Assembly: GCA_963805945.1 (NCBI GenBank)
Contig: CAWDVP010000006.1
Location: 32,001-96,000 of the forward strand
DNA from: Vulcanimicrobiota bacterium
GTDB lineage: Bacteria; Vulcanimicrobiota; Vulcanimicrobiia; Eremiobacterales; Eremiobacteraceae
Direction of reading: 5' to 3'
Length of the DNA stretch: 64,000 bases
This document shows positions 32,431 through 42,357 of the stretch, piece by piece; positions within the stretch are counted from its first letter, which is position 1, and every line of letters begins with the position of its first letter. A model generated the notes under the pieces. The model searched no databases. It saw only the letters and a list, made by a program, of their open reading frames with translations, and had not been told where the DNA came from. A program made the position numbers and the translations under genes.

Positions 32431-34614
32431 ATGGCAGCAAAAGCCGGGCAGGCAGGCTCGAAGCCCACGGAGGCTTCTGACGCCGCGCGCCCGCTTCTCC
32501 CTGAGCTGCCCAAGGCACAACGGCGCTTCAAGCGCCGGCGCCTGCGCTGTTCCGTCACGCTCAAGACCGACGACGGCAAAGTCGCCATGGGCGAGGCGGT
32601 CGACGTCAGCGGCGGCGGCCTGCGGCTCGACTCGCATAACGATCTCGCGGTAGGCGATCGCGGCACCGCACAGGTGCGCATCGGCACGGGTGAAGTGCTG
32701 CGCGTGCCCGTGGAAGTCACCTGGCGCAACCAGGTCGACAAAGGCGAGTATGTCTACGGCGTCACCTTCACCGACATCAATGCGGCCGATCGCTTCGCGC
32801 TGCTCGAGGCGATCTATTCGCCGGCGCACGGATTCACCGGCTTCGTCGATTCCAGTCAGGGCGCGGATGAAGAAGTGCAGAAGGCCGGCTCCGAGCCGAC
32901 CACCCCCGCGCACTACGCGTACTACATGCGCCTCGTGCGCCGCATGGAACAAGTCCACAAAGTCGATCCGGCGGATTCGGACCGCGTGCTCTACGCGCGC
33001 CTCATGCAAGGCCGGCCGCTGCGCGAAGTGCTCGCGGAGCTGGAGATCGTCGGTCGCGGCGAGGTCGATGAGTTCCTGAGCGGGCTGTACGGCGTGCCGT
33101 TCGTCGATCTGCAGCGCCACCGCCCCGAGATCAGCGACAGCGACACCGTCCCCGAAAACCTCGCGACCAACCACATGGTCATCCCGATCTCGAAGAGCGA
33201 AGACTCGATCGTCGTCGCGATGGCCGACCCGAGCGACCTGCTCACCATCGACATGCTGCGCAACCGCGCCAAGCAGACGGTCGAGCTGCGCTTCGCGCTC
33301 ATCGAAGACATCTCCAGCGCGATCGACAATGTCTATCACGGCGCGTCGCTGCACTCGGTCGACAAACTGCTCGAGTCGATGCCCGGCCGCGAGGCCGACC
33401 CTTTCGGCTCGGCGAGCGCCGTCGAAGACCTCGAGACGCTGCGCAAGATCTCCGACACCGCGCCGATCATCACGCTGGTGGAATCCCTGCTGCGCACCTC
33501 GGTCGAAGACCGGGCGAGCGACATCCACCTCGAGCCCTTCGCCGACAAGATCTCCGTCCGTTTCCGGCTCGACGGCGTGCTGCGCGAGCTGCGCACGCTG
33601 CCGAAGACCGTCTACCCGGCGGTCGTGTCGCGCATCAAGATCATGGCGCGCATGGACATCACCGTGCGCCACGTGCCGCAGGACGGCGGCATGTCGATGC
33701 GCTACAAACGCAAAGACTTCGACCTTCGCATCTCGTCGCTGCCGACGCTGTACGGCGAGAAAGTCGTCATCCGGCTGCTCGAGAAGAACCCGGTCTTCCG
33801 CTCGCTCAAAGCGATCGGCTTCTCGGACCGCAATTACGAGCTGTTCGAACCGCTCGCGCGCCGGCCGTACGGCATGCTGCTGTGCTGCGGCCCAACCGGT
33901 TCGGGCAAGTCGACCACCCTGTTCGCCTGCCTTCAAGAGATCAACGATGGCACGACGAACATCACGACGATCGAAGACCCGGTCGAGTATCGAGTGAACG
34001 GCGTCAATCAGGTCGAGGTCAGCGCGAAGCGCGGCCTCACCTTCCCGTCGGTGCTACGGTCCCTGCTGCGCCAGGACCCCGACGTCATCTACGTCGGTGA
34101 GATCCGCGACCGCGAAACCGCCGACCTCGCTGTGCGCGCCGCGCTCACTGGTCACTTGCTGCTCTCGACGCTGCACACGAACACCGCCATCCAGGCGATC
34201 GCCCGGCTCGTGGACATCGGCGTGGATCCGGCCATGATCGGCTCATCGCTGCTCGGCTGCATCGGCCAGCGCCTCATGCGCCGCGTGTGCGACCAATGCG
34301 TGGAAGATTACGAAGTGCCGCTCGACGAGCAGATGGTGCTGCAGGAGCTCGTGCCGGTGGCTACGCCCAAGACGCTGCGCCGCGGCCGCGGCTGCGAGAA
34401 GTGCCACGACAGCGGCTACTACGGACGGCTGGGCGTGCACGAAGTGGTGGCGGTGGACGAAGGCCTGCGCCGGCTCATCGCGCGCGGCGCGGATTCGACG
34501 CAGCTGCTCGACTACATCACCGCGCGCGGGTTCACCGATCTTCGCGACGACGCGCTCGGCCGGATGCTCTCCGGCGAGACGACGCTGCGCGAAGTGCTTC
34601 GCGTCACCGCGTAG
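32431..34614 (+). CDS. pilB: PilB/GspE-family assembly ATPase with an N-terminal PilZ domain
   Basis: PilZ motifs QRRFKR and DVSGGG; ASDIHLEP, GPTGSGKSTT, LRQDPD, CxxC..CxxC zinc motif. Confidence 0.88.
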   Translation: MAAKAGQAGSKPTEASDAARPLLPELPKAQRRFKRRRLRCSVTLKTDDGKVAMGEAVDVSGGGLRLDSHNDLAVGDRGTAQVRIGTGEVLRVPVEVTWRNQVDKGEYVYGVTFTDINAADRFALLEAIYSPAHGFTGFVDSSQGADEEVQKAGSEPTTPAHYAYYMRLVRRMEQVHKVDPADSDRVLYARLMQGRPLREVLAELEIVGRGEVDEFLSGLYGVPFVDLQRHRPEISDSDTVPENLATNHMVIPISKSEDSIVVAMADPSDLLTIDMLRNRAKQTVELRFALIEDISSAIDNVYHGASLHSVDKLLESMPGREADPFGSASAVEDLETLRKISDTAPIITLVESLLRTSVEDRASDIHLEPFADKISVRFRLDGVLRELRTLPKTVYPAVVSRIKIMARMDITVRHVPQDGGMSMRYKRKDFDLRISSLPTLYGEKVVIRLLEKNPVFRSLKAIGFSDRNYELFEPLARRPYGMLLCCGPTGSGKSTTLFACLQEINDGTTNITTIEDPVEYRVNGVNQVEVSAKRGLTFPSVLRSLLRQDPDVIYVGEIRDRETADLAVRAALTGHLLLSTLHTNTAIQAIARLVDIGVDPAMIGSSLLGCIGQRLMRRVCDQCVEDYEVPLDEQMVLQELVPVATPKTLRRGRGCEKCHDSGYYGRLGVHEVVAVDEGLRRLIARGADSTQLLDYITARGFTDLRDDALGRMLSGETTLREVLRVTA

Positions 34615-35065
34615 ACACGTCTTTCGCCAGTTCCGCGAAGATCGCACGCTCGACGTCGGTGCGGTGTTCCTTGTCGTCGTCGTAGACGTAGCGCGGCCCG
34701 TGGAAACGCAGGCCGCTCATCGTGTGGTCGCGCACGTGGGTGACCGCGATGTGGGCGAGCGCGCAGGGGAAGGGCACCGAGGCGAGGCGCTCGTGGACGA
34801 TCGACGCGACGCCGCGCACCGCCAAGATCAAGTCGTCGGCGAGGACCTCGAAGCCCACGCCCGTCCGGCCCGCGGCGATGTTCGTGTAGGCGCTGCTGCG
34901 CGCATCCATGGCGAGTGCGACCGTGGTCTCGTCCTTGGCGACGATCCAGCTGTTGAGCGCGGTGGAGGGGACGCCGTCCTCGGACACGGTCGCGAGCACC
35001 ACGGCGGTGCCGCCTCGGAGCGCGCCGCGCAGGAGCGTCCGCAGCTCAGCTTCGCTACGCGCCAT
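34604..35065 (-). CDS. pyridoxamine 5'-phosphate oxidase-like (split barrel) protein
   Basis: VLATVSEDGVP..SW..NI pattern. Confidence 0.65.
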   Translation of the reverse strand: MARSEAELRTLLRGALRGGTAVVLATVSEDGVPSTALNSWIVAKDETTVALAMDARSSAYTNIAAGRTGVGFEVLADDLILAVRGVASIVHERLASVPFPCALAHIAVTHVRDHTMSGLRFHGPRYVYDDDKEHRTDVERAIFAELAKDVSTR

Positions 35066-35104
35066 CAGGGTAGGATCGTCACTGCGATAGGCGCGCTCAT
35101 ACCG

Positions 35105-36304
35105 TCAGGTTACAGGTGAAGTTGGGCTTGCCTTCTTTCCGGCACCCGTGCGCCACGGCCACAGCGCAGACCAGCCGTCCTTGAGGATCGGGCGCTCGAG
35201 CAGATAGGTGGTCGCCACCGCAACCAACAGGCAGAACAGCACTGCGGCACCGTAGACGAGATACGGCGCCGCGTGCGGTGAGAGCGCGTACAGCAGGAGC
35301 AACACGTGGTTGCGCAGCCAGACGATGACGAATTTGTTCCACAGGTAGAGATTGTAGGAGATCACCGCGAGGAACACGAGGGCGCGGTTGGCGATGAGGT
35401 TCTGCCAGACCGGCACCGCGAGCGCGCCGCCGAGCGCGAAGAGCGCGATGAGCAGGGCGAAGATCGGGTGGTAGGTGTTCTCCCAATGCCAGGCGACCGG
35501 CCCGCCGCCGGTATCCACCAAGTTCTTGAACATCGCATCGATGCCCAGCGCCGCCGCGAACGACACGACTGCGAACGCCCAGCCGAAGCGCAACACCTGC
35601 GGCTGCTCCGAGCGGAGCATGACGATGAGGTACGCGACGCCCATACCGAGCGCGAAGAAATCAAGAAACCCGGGCAGCTGATAGACGTAGAAAAAGCTCC
35701 ACGAATTGCCGGTCGCCTCAAGATAATACCGATACGCGCCCGCGACCGCGATCATCAGCAGCGGCGTCGCCAGCGGCCAGCGACGGAACGACCAGCATAC
35801 CAGCGGGAAGAGCAGATAGAACTGGACCTCGATCGCCAGCGACCAGAGAGGCCCGTTGATCGATGCGAAGGCGTCCGGCACCGTGTTGTGGATGAAGAAC
35901 AGGTGCAGGAAGAAGTCGCGCACCAGGTGCGGCGTCGCCGGCACGGTGATGGCGAGAAGCACCGTCATGAAGGTGAGCGAGAAGACGTAGCTCGGGATGA
36001 TCTTGAGCGCGCGCCGGTTGGCGAAATGCGCGATCGTCTGCAGCGGCTTGTCCTCGAACAAGTACTGCGCATACGGGTAGAACAGCACGAAGCCGCTGAT
36101 GAAGAAGAAGACCTCGACGCCGAGGAAGCCAGCGTCGACGAAGTGCTTGATGCCGAACAAGGCACCGCCGATATGCACGTTCAGCGGCACGTGGAGCGCC
36201 TCGTCGAGGTGGTAGAGCACCACCATGAGGATGGCCAAGCCGCGCATCCCGTCCATAAAGGCGAGATGCTTGGTGAACTCTCCGGGGGTCTGGGCTGCGG
36301 GCAA
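35105..36304 (-). CDS. acyltransferase family 3 (OafA-like) membrane protein
   Basis: DGMRGLAILMVVLYH, GVEVFFFISGF, WSLAIEVQFY, ISYNLYLW. Confidence 0.92.
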   Translation of the reverse strand: MPAAQTPGEFTKHLAFMDGMRGLAILMVVLYHLDEALHVPLNVHIGGALFGIKHFVDAGFLGVEVFFFISGFVLFYPYAQYLFEDKPLQTIAHFANRRALKIIPSYVFSLTFMTVLLAITVPATPHLVRDFFLHLFFIHNTVPDAFASINGPLWSLAIEVQFYLLFPLVCWSFRRWPLATPLLMIAVAGAYRYYLEATGNSWSFFYVYQLPGFLDFFALGMGVAYLIVMLRSEQPQVLRFGWAFAVVSFAAALGIDAMFKNLVDTGGGPVAWHWENTYHPIFALLIALFALGGALAVPVWQNLIANRALVFLAVISYNLYLWNKFVIVWLRNHVLLLLYALSPHAAPYLVYGAAVLFCLLVAVATTYLLERPILKDGWSALWPWRTGAGKKASPTSPVT

Positions 36305-36399
36305 ACGTGGCTCCTGGCGTGAGAAGCGCGCTTTCCTAGACGGTATATCGTCTCACGGCGCCCTTCCCTGCCCGCGCGGCCTGTGACGGCGGGGCGGGA

Positions 36400-36858
36400 T
36401 CAGTGCGGGGTGGGAGCTACTATTTGCTGCAGGCCCGGCTGCACGTGTACGCTGCCGATCGCATGGAAGCGGCAGAAACCGTCGGGGATGCTGGTGTGCA
36501 GCATCACCGAGTTGTCGCTGTAGTCGTTCTCGGGGAACCAGGGCTTGCCGTTGACCGTGACTTTGAAGGTATGGCTGCCCAGCATGGACGCACCGGGCGA
36601 ATACGGAGCGATCGGGATCTGCTGGACCGCCGCGACGTTGTGGCCGATGACCGGGAGCGCGATGCCGCCGCTCCAGCCGGGCAGCGCGGTGTCCTGCGCC
36701 CAGATGCCGTGCGTGTCGCCAACCGCCGGGGTAGGCGGGCCGTAGTTGTAGATCATGACGCCGAGGGTGAGCGCCGGCCTGCCGCGCTCGCAGGTCTTGG
36801 AGAGAGTCACCGCCTGCACGCCGACGGTGGCGGGCCCGATCGACAGCGCGTAGATCAT
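36400..36858 (-). CDS. hypothetical protein with a CARDB/Ig-like domain; probably extends upstream across a frameshift
   Basis: IYNYG..GSHTFKVTVN..ENDYSDNS pattern. Confidence 0.45.
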   Translation of the reverse strand: MIYALSIGPATVGVQAVTLSKTCERGRPALTLGVMIYNYGPPTPAVGDTHGIWAQDTALPGWSGGIALPVIGHNVAAVQQIPIAPYSPGASMLGSHTFKVTVNGKPWFPENDYSDNSVMLHTSIPDGFCRFHAIGSVHVQPGLQQIVAPTPH

Positions 36859-36936
36859 CGCCGGGGCTGACGGGAGCAGGTGCTGGCGGTTTTAACGGCG
36901 CTGCGGCCGATTCCGTTCCCACAGCAGAAGCGCTAT

Positions 36937-36962
36937 GTAGGGGTCGACCTTCAGGTCGGCCC
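36937..36962 (+). repeat. GTAG-type REP-like palindrome
   Basis: GTAG-GGGTCGACCT-TC-AGGTCGGCCC, same family as 24166. Confidence 0.75.
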
Positions 36963-37040
36963 GGGCCATAAAGCGCGCTCGGCCTATGTCCCCAAACCTT
37001 CATTAGAGGACATAGACTTGAGCGTGGATAAGAGGCCCGC

Positions 37041-37947
37041 ATGCCGACGCCTGGGCCGGAATCCGTCGAGCTTTTCGCCACCTACATCCACCACGAACGG
37101 GGGCTGTCCGCGCGTACGGCCGGGGAATACGGCGCGGATATGCGCGATTTCGCCCGCTTCCTGGGCAAGAACACCACGGACAAGCAGCTGCTGCGGGCGA
37201 CGCGTGCCGACGTCGGGCGCTACGTGCAGACGCTCATGGGCAAGCGCAAGTACACGGCTGCGGCGGTGAAACGGCGGATCGCCTCGATCCGGGCCTTTTA
37301 CAAGTACGCCCGGCTGACGAACCTCATCTCGGAGAACGTGCTCGCCGACTTCCCGGCGCCCAAGGGCGGCCGGCACCTGCCCAAGGTGCTGTCGGAGCGC
37401 GAAATGACCAAGTTCCTCTCGGCGAAGATCCACGTGGATGACGAGATCATGTACGCCCGCGACCACGCGATCTTCGAGCTGATGTACGCCGCAGGGCTGC
37501 GGATCGGCGAGCTGGTGCGGCCTGGACATACGCGACGTCGATCGGGAGCGCCACCTCATGCGCGTGACCGGCAAAGGCAATAAGCAGCGCCTCGTGCTCT
37601 TCAACAAGACCGCCCGCCGTGCGCTTGAGCGTTATCTCGCCGTGCGCCCGAGCGCGACGACCGACGCCCTCTTCCTGAGCCGGCGCAACAAGCGTTTGAC
37701 GGTGCGCGGCGTGCGCTACGCCTTCGAAGGCATGAAGCGCGCAGCGGGCATCGAGGGTGCGGCCACGCCCCACACGTTGCGCCATTCGTTCGCGACGCAT
37801 CTGCTCGAGCATGGGGCGGATCTCATGGTCATCAAGGAACTGCTCGGCCACGAAAACCTGAGCACCACGCAGATCTACACGAACATCTCGCTCGAGCATG
37901 TTCGCCAGACGTACGACGACGCGCATCCCCGCGATAAGGACGCGTAG
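37041..37947 (+). CDS. XerC/XerD tyrosine recombinase (frameshift near 37520)
   Basis: ERGLSART, GLRIGEL, TGKGNKQR, TPHTLRHSFATHLL, LGH, TTQIYT. Confidence 0.9.
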
Positions 37948-38154
37948 GCGGACCTGGTCGGGTCGCGGCCGGGCTTGGGCTGGGCGGCCTGGGCGACCCC
38001 GGCCGCTTCGCGGGACGAGGAGGCCAGACGTTCGCCTCGAACACGACCCTATGCCAGCTTGGGGACCGCTCGGCTAGCCTTCTTCTTCTGCTGGCCCCTG
38101 GAGGCGTGAGCGGGCCGCGGCGTTCAATCGCCGTCGGTTTGCACTTCTTACCTG

Positions 38155-39084
38155 ATGCAAATTAGGGTGCTCGGATCGGCCGCCGGCGGAGGCGTGCCGC
38201 AATGGAACTGCGCGTGTAACAACTGCCGTGCGGTGCGTGCCAAGCAGCAACCGTCCCGGATGCAGGCGTCTATCGCCGTGTCAGCCGACGGCGAACGCTG
38301 GTTGCTCGCCAACGCCTCGCCCGACATACGCCATCAGATCGCCGCCTTCGAGAAACTCGCACCGCAGCCGCCGCGCCGCTCCGCGATCTCTGCCGTGGTG
38401 CTCACCGACGCCAACATCGATCACGCCTTCGGTCTGCTCGAACTGCGCCAAGCCGACCGGCTGAGCATCTATTCGACCGAGACGGTCCGCGATGTGCTGG
38501 TGAGCGGGAGCAGCGCGTTCCGGCCGTTCACCAAGCCGCCGAACACCTGGCACATCATCGCGGACTCCGCCGCACACGTCAACGACGCCGCCGGCCTGCC
38601 GGTCGGCTTGCGTATCCGCGCGATCGATGTCGGCGGCATCACCCCAGCGTATGACGGCGGCCGCTCGATTAAGGGCGCGGCTGCGGGCATCCTCATCAAC
38701 GACGGCGCGCACCGGCTGCTCTACGCGCCGTGCGTGGGCGAGATCACCGAGCCGCTGCGGCGCGAGCTCGCGCTTGCGGACGCGGCGTTCCTCGACGGCA
38801 CGTTTTGGAGCGATCACGAGCTCTCGGTCCAGGCGCTCGGCTCGCGCACCGCGCGACAGATGGGGCATATCCCGATCTCCGGCGAGGGCGGCATCCTGCC
38901 GCAGGTGACGGGCCTCGGTGGCCGCCACCGCTACTTCACCCACGTGAACAATACGAACTCGGTGCTCGACCCGCAGTCAGAAGCAGCGCGCGCGGTGCGC
39001 GATGCCGGCTGGGCGGTCGTCGACGACGGGTTGACGTTCTCGCTCTCCAAAGACTCCGGCGAGGCGTCGGGCACCCGCAAGTAG
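38155..39084 (+). CDS. pqqB: PqqB-family metallo-beta-lactamase-fold protein
   Basis: VLGSAAGGGVPQWNCACNNC, NASPDIR, DGTFW, MGH, HVNNTN. Confidence 0.9.
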   Translation: MQIRVLGSAAGGGVPQWNCACNNCRAVRAKQQPSRMQASIAVSADGERWLLANASPDIRHQIAAFEKLAPQPPRRSAISAVVLTDANIDHAFGLLELRQADRLSIYSTETVRDVLVSGSSAFRPFTKPPNTWHIIADSAAHVNDAAGLPVGLRIRAIDVGGITPAYDGGRSIKGAAAGILINDGAHRLLYAPCVGEITEPLRRELALADAAFLDGTFWSDHELSVQALGSRTARQMGHIPISGEGGILPQVTGLGGRHRYFTHVNNTNSVLDPQSEAARAVRDAGWAVVDDGLTFSLSKDSGEASGTRK

Positions 39085-39099
39085 GGGAGGTATATCACC

Positions 39100-39615
39100 G
39101 TGCGCTTTGCTTACCAGCTTGTCGCACCGCTCGTAGCGTCGCTCGCCCTGTTCCCGGCATCGGCCATCGCAGCCGCGGCATCTCAGCAGGGAATCCAGCA
39201 GAAGAACGTCATCGTGCAGCCAGTGAGCCCGGCGCCGACGGCGCCGTGCCATCCAGCCAGTGGCGTCGGCGATGTCGTCGTCATCCCCGGCATGATGCCG
39301 TTCGAGGCCGAATCTGTCGCCTTCAGCGAGTCACCGAGCACGAATGTTGAGGGGCCGGCCGGACGGCGTGTCGGGCACGGCAGCGTCACCATCGTACGCA
39401 AGATCGGCGCGTCATTGGCGCAGATCCACGTCGGCGGGCGCGAAACATCGGCCATCCCGAGCATGACCATCACCATGCGCAGGGGCAGCCTGAGCAGCTA
39501 CATGGTCGTGACCCTGGAGCAGACGAGCCTGACCAGCGAATGGACCCGCAACGGCACGCAGCTGGAGACCTTGGTCTTCACGTTTGCGTCGCTGTACGAG
39601 TGCCGGGGCCCGTGA
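39100..39615 (+). CDS. secreted protein with an Hcp (T6SS/phage tube)-like domain
   Basis: GGAGG RBS, signal peptide, strand pattern resembling Hcp. Confidence 0.5.
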   Translation: MRFAYQLVAPLVASLALFPASAIAAAASQQGIQQKNVIVQPVSPAPTAPCHPASGVGDVVVIPGMMPFEAESVAFSESPSTNVEGPAGRRVGHGSVTIVRKIGASLAQIHVGGRETSAIPSMTITMRRGSLSSYMVVTLEQTSLTSEWTRNGTQLETLVFTFASLYECRGP

Positions 39616-39625
39616 ACGGGCGCGA

Positions 39626-39835
39626 TTAGCGCCGGTCGAACTTACCCCAGTCGAAGCGCGTCACGTCGCCGGAGACGTGCACCACGCTGCCGTCCGGCTG
39701 GACGAGCACCCGCACCGGCTCCACGCCCTTGAGCTCGACGAGGATCGCGCCGGTACGCGTCGTCGCGCCGATGGCGAAGCCGTACTTCTTGAACTGCTTG
39801 ATGACTTCGCGCTGCTTGTCGGGTTTTTCAGGCAT
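39626..39835 (-). CDS. small hypothetical protein
   Basis: 69-aa ORF with typical codon usage filling the gap. Confidence 0.6.
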   Translation of the reverse strand: MPEKPDKQREVIKQFKKYGFAIGATTRTGAILVELKGVEPVRVLVQPDGSVVHVSGDVTRFDWGKFDRR

Positions 39836-39851
39836 GGCCTAGGCTTTGCGC

Positions 39852-40469
39852 CTAGAGCATCACAAGCCCTTGGCGCGCGCCCGTGGTGACCGCTTCAGTC
39901 CGGCTGCCCGCGTGCAGCTTCGCGAAAATTGAGCCGACGTGGAACTTCACCGTATGCTCGGAGATGCCCAGACGCACGGCGATGGTCTTGTTGGCCAAGC
40001 CTTCGGCCATCATCCGCAAGACCTCGATCTCGCGCTGGGTGAGGCTTGCCGACTTGGTATCGGGGGCGAGGCGCACCGCGGCCGGCACGAGCTGTTCGAG
40101 CGCGTCGGGTTGCAACACGACGTAGCCTGCAGCGACCGCAGCGACGGCGGCCGGGATATCCACACCGTCCCGTGCGATGACCGCGCGCACGCCCGCGCGC
40201 AGCGCCGCCGCGCTCCAACCGCTGTCCGCCTGGGGCACTAAGACAATCACCGGCGGGGCGTGGCGCAGTTCAGCGTCCTGCAGCAGCGACGAGACCGGCT
40301 CGTCGCCGTCGCTGTCGAGCAGCACTACATCGGGCGCGAACGCCTCGATACGTTGAGCAAGGGTGCCCGGGCGGTCGTCGCCGATCACCGCGATGCCGTC
40401 ACCCTGTTCCAGCGCCGCGCGCAATTCGCCGTGCGCGAGGCCGCTCGCTTCGAGCAAGATCCGGATCAT
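39852..40469 (-). CDS. NarL/LuxR-family response regulator
   Basis: PDVVLLD receiver; LTQREIEVL..GLANKTIA..TVKFHV. Confidence 0.92.
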   Translation of the reverse strand: MIRILLEASGLAHGELRAALEQGDGIAVIGDDRPGTLAQRIEAFAPDVVLLDSDGDEPVSSLLQDAELRHAPPVIVLVPQADSGWSAAALRAGVRAVIARDGVDIPAAVAAVAAGYVVLQPDALEQLVPAAVRLAPDTKSASLTQREIEVLRMMAEGLANKTIAVRLGISEHTVKFHVGSIFAKLHAGSRTEAVTTGARQGLVML

Positions 40470-41350
40470 GCGGCGGCTGTGCTCCTCTCGTCTGTTTCGA
40501 ATGACGCAGCAAGCTCGAGCACCTCGCCGCTGCGGAGCACGTGCAGCTGCAGGCGCGCGCCCGGAGCAAGTTCGGCAAGCGCGTCGGGCAGATCTGCCGG
40601 CCGCGCCAGCGGTCGCCCTTCTACGCGGACGATGGCGTCGCCCAGCAACAGGCCTGCGCGTTGCGCCGGGCTGCCATCGGCGATCTCGCACACGAGCAGC
40701 GCGAGCAGCGCACCGTCACGCAGCCGCAGCGGCACCGGTTCGATGGTCACGCCGAGCCGCGGCCGTGCGGCGTCGCCGCCGACGAAGCGCTGCACCGCAT
40801 TGCTCGGCACCGCGACGGCAAGGCCGCCGTAGATCATGCTGTTGATGCCGACGACGCGGCCGCGCGCATCTGCGAGCGGACCGCCGGAGTTGCCCGGCGC
40901 GATGCGCACATCGGCCTGGATCCACTGGGCGCGCCGTCCGCCGTGCGCGCCGCCCGCGAAGACGACGCCGCTCGTCACGGCGCCGACGATGCCTAACGGA
41001 TTGCCCACCGCGAACGCGAGCTCGCCCGGGCGCAGCGCATCCGAATCGCCGATCTCCGCTGCAGGCAGGCCGGTGGCGCCGACGCGCAGCGCGGCGATGT
41101 CGCGCTCGTCGTCACGCGCGGTGAGTTCTGCGGGCATCGTGCGTCCGTCGTGCAATTCCACCTCGAGCCGCTTCGTCCGGGCGACGTGGGCATTGGTGAC
41201 GATAACGCCGTCCGCGCGCCAGATCACGCCCGAGCCGCCGCCGGAGCGGCGCCCTCGGACCTGAACGGTGCTGCGGCGCAGCGCCTCGGCGATGCGCTTC
41301 AGTTCGTCCGCCACGTTGTGGGAATACGCGAGCGCTTGCGGGTCAGCCAT
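40466..41350 (-). CDS. trypsin-like (S1C/HtrA) serine protease with PDZ domain
   Basis: VTNAHV, DIAAL, PGNSGGPL, SPAQRAGL. Confidence 0.9.
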   Translation of the reverse strand: MADPQALAYSHNVADELKRIAEALRRSTVQVRGRRSGGGSGVIWRADGVIVTNAHVARTKRLEVELHDGRTMPAELTARDDERDIAALRVGATGLPAAEIGDSDALRPGELAFAVGNPLGIVGAVTSGVVFAGGAHGGRRAQWIQADVRIAPGNSGGPLADARGRVVGINSMIYGGLAVAVPSNAVQRFVGGDAARPRLGVTIEPVPLRLRDGALLALLVCEIADGSPAQRAGLLLGDAIVRVEGRPLARPADLPDALAELAPGARLQLHVLRSGEVLELAASFETDERSTAAA

Positions 41351-41351
41351 C

Positions 41352-42287
41352 TCACTCTTCCTCCTGTGCCGGTCGTTCGCCGATCGTGACGGTTGGCTCC
41401 ACCGATTGGCCGCCGCGGATGACGCGCAGGCGCACCGCCGTGCCCACGCGGTCGCCGCCGAGCTGCGAAAGCACGTCGTCCGTGTCCTCGATCGGCTGGC
41501 CGTCGAAGCCGATGATGATGTCGCCCACCAGCAGGCCCGCGCGTTCCGCCGGACCATCAGGTTCGACGGCGACGGCGATGACGCCGGAATCCGCGTCGGT
41601 CTTGGCGAGCCGCCGCAGCGATTCGGAAAGACGGACGGGCTGCATGCCGAGTCCGAGATAACCGCGGCCGGCACGCCGTCCGCTCAAGATCTGGTCCACG
41701 ACGCGGTCGACGGTCGTCTTCGGGATCGTCAGGTCGAAGCGGCGCGACAGCGCCGAGGTGTTGATGCCCAGCACGCGTCCTCCGGCGTCAGCGAGCGGTC
41801 CGCCCGAAAAGCCCGGATAGAGCGATAGGTCGAGGCTGATGAATTGATCGATGCGTCCGCCGCGCCACGTGCGCCACTGCCCGCTCACCGAGCTGATGAC
41901 GCCGCTGCTCGCGCGCAGTCCGTCTTCGCCATCGCGCGCGACGGCCAGGACCAGGTTGCCGGTCTTGAGCGATTCGGCATCGCCGAACTCAGCCGGCGCG
42001 AGGCCGGGGGCTTCGAGCGTGAGCACCGCGAGATCCGTGTCCGGATCGCGCCCGGCGAGCTGCGCGTGCACGTTGGTGCCGTCGGGCAGACTGACGCGGA
42101 TGTCTTCGTCACGCCGCACGGCGTGGTCGGCGGTGACGACGATGCCGGGCCGCCACACGACGCCGCTGGAACCGCCGCGATGGCGTGCATGCACGCCGAC
42201 CGTGGCCGCGCCGGCGCGCTCGACGGCCTGCGCGAGATCCATGGAAAGAGCGAGGAGGGTATTGCTGGATTGCGGTGTGGTGATCAT
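41352..42287 (-). CDS. second trypsin-like serine protease with PDZ domain
   Basis: VTADHAV, TDLAVL, PGFSGGPL, GYLG..GPAERAGL. Confidence 0.9.
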   Translation of the reverse strand: MITTPQSSNTLLALSMDLAQAVERAGAATVGVHARHRGGSSGVVWRPGIVVTADHAVRRDEDIRVSLPDGTNVHAQLAGRDPDTDLAVLTLEAPGLAPAEFGDAESLKTGNLVLAVARDGEDGLRASSGVISSVSGQWRTWRGGRIDQFISLDLSLYPGFSGGPLADAGGRVLGINTSALSRRFDLTIPKTTVDRVVDQILSGRRAGRGYLGLGMQPVRLSESLRRLAKTDADSGVIAVAVEPDGPAERAGLLVGDIIIGFDGQPIEDTDDVLSQLGGDRVGTAVRLRVIRGGQSVEPTVTIGERPAQEEE

Positions 42288-42357
42288 GGACCAAGTATGA
42301 CGCCGGGGTGCCGGTTTTGCTACCGGAAATAGTGCTAGGTGGGTCGCGCCCGGCGGC

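Noticed and set aside
37041..37947. Tyrosine recombinase as a prophage or integron integrase
   Set aside because: Size and motifs match housekeeping XerC/D; no att sites, attC cassettes or phage genes are recognisable nearby.
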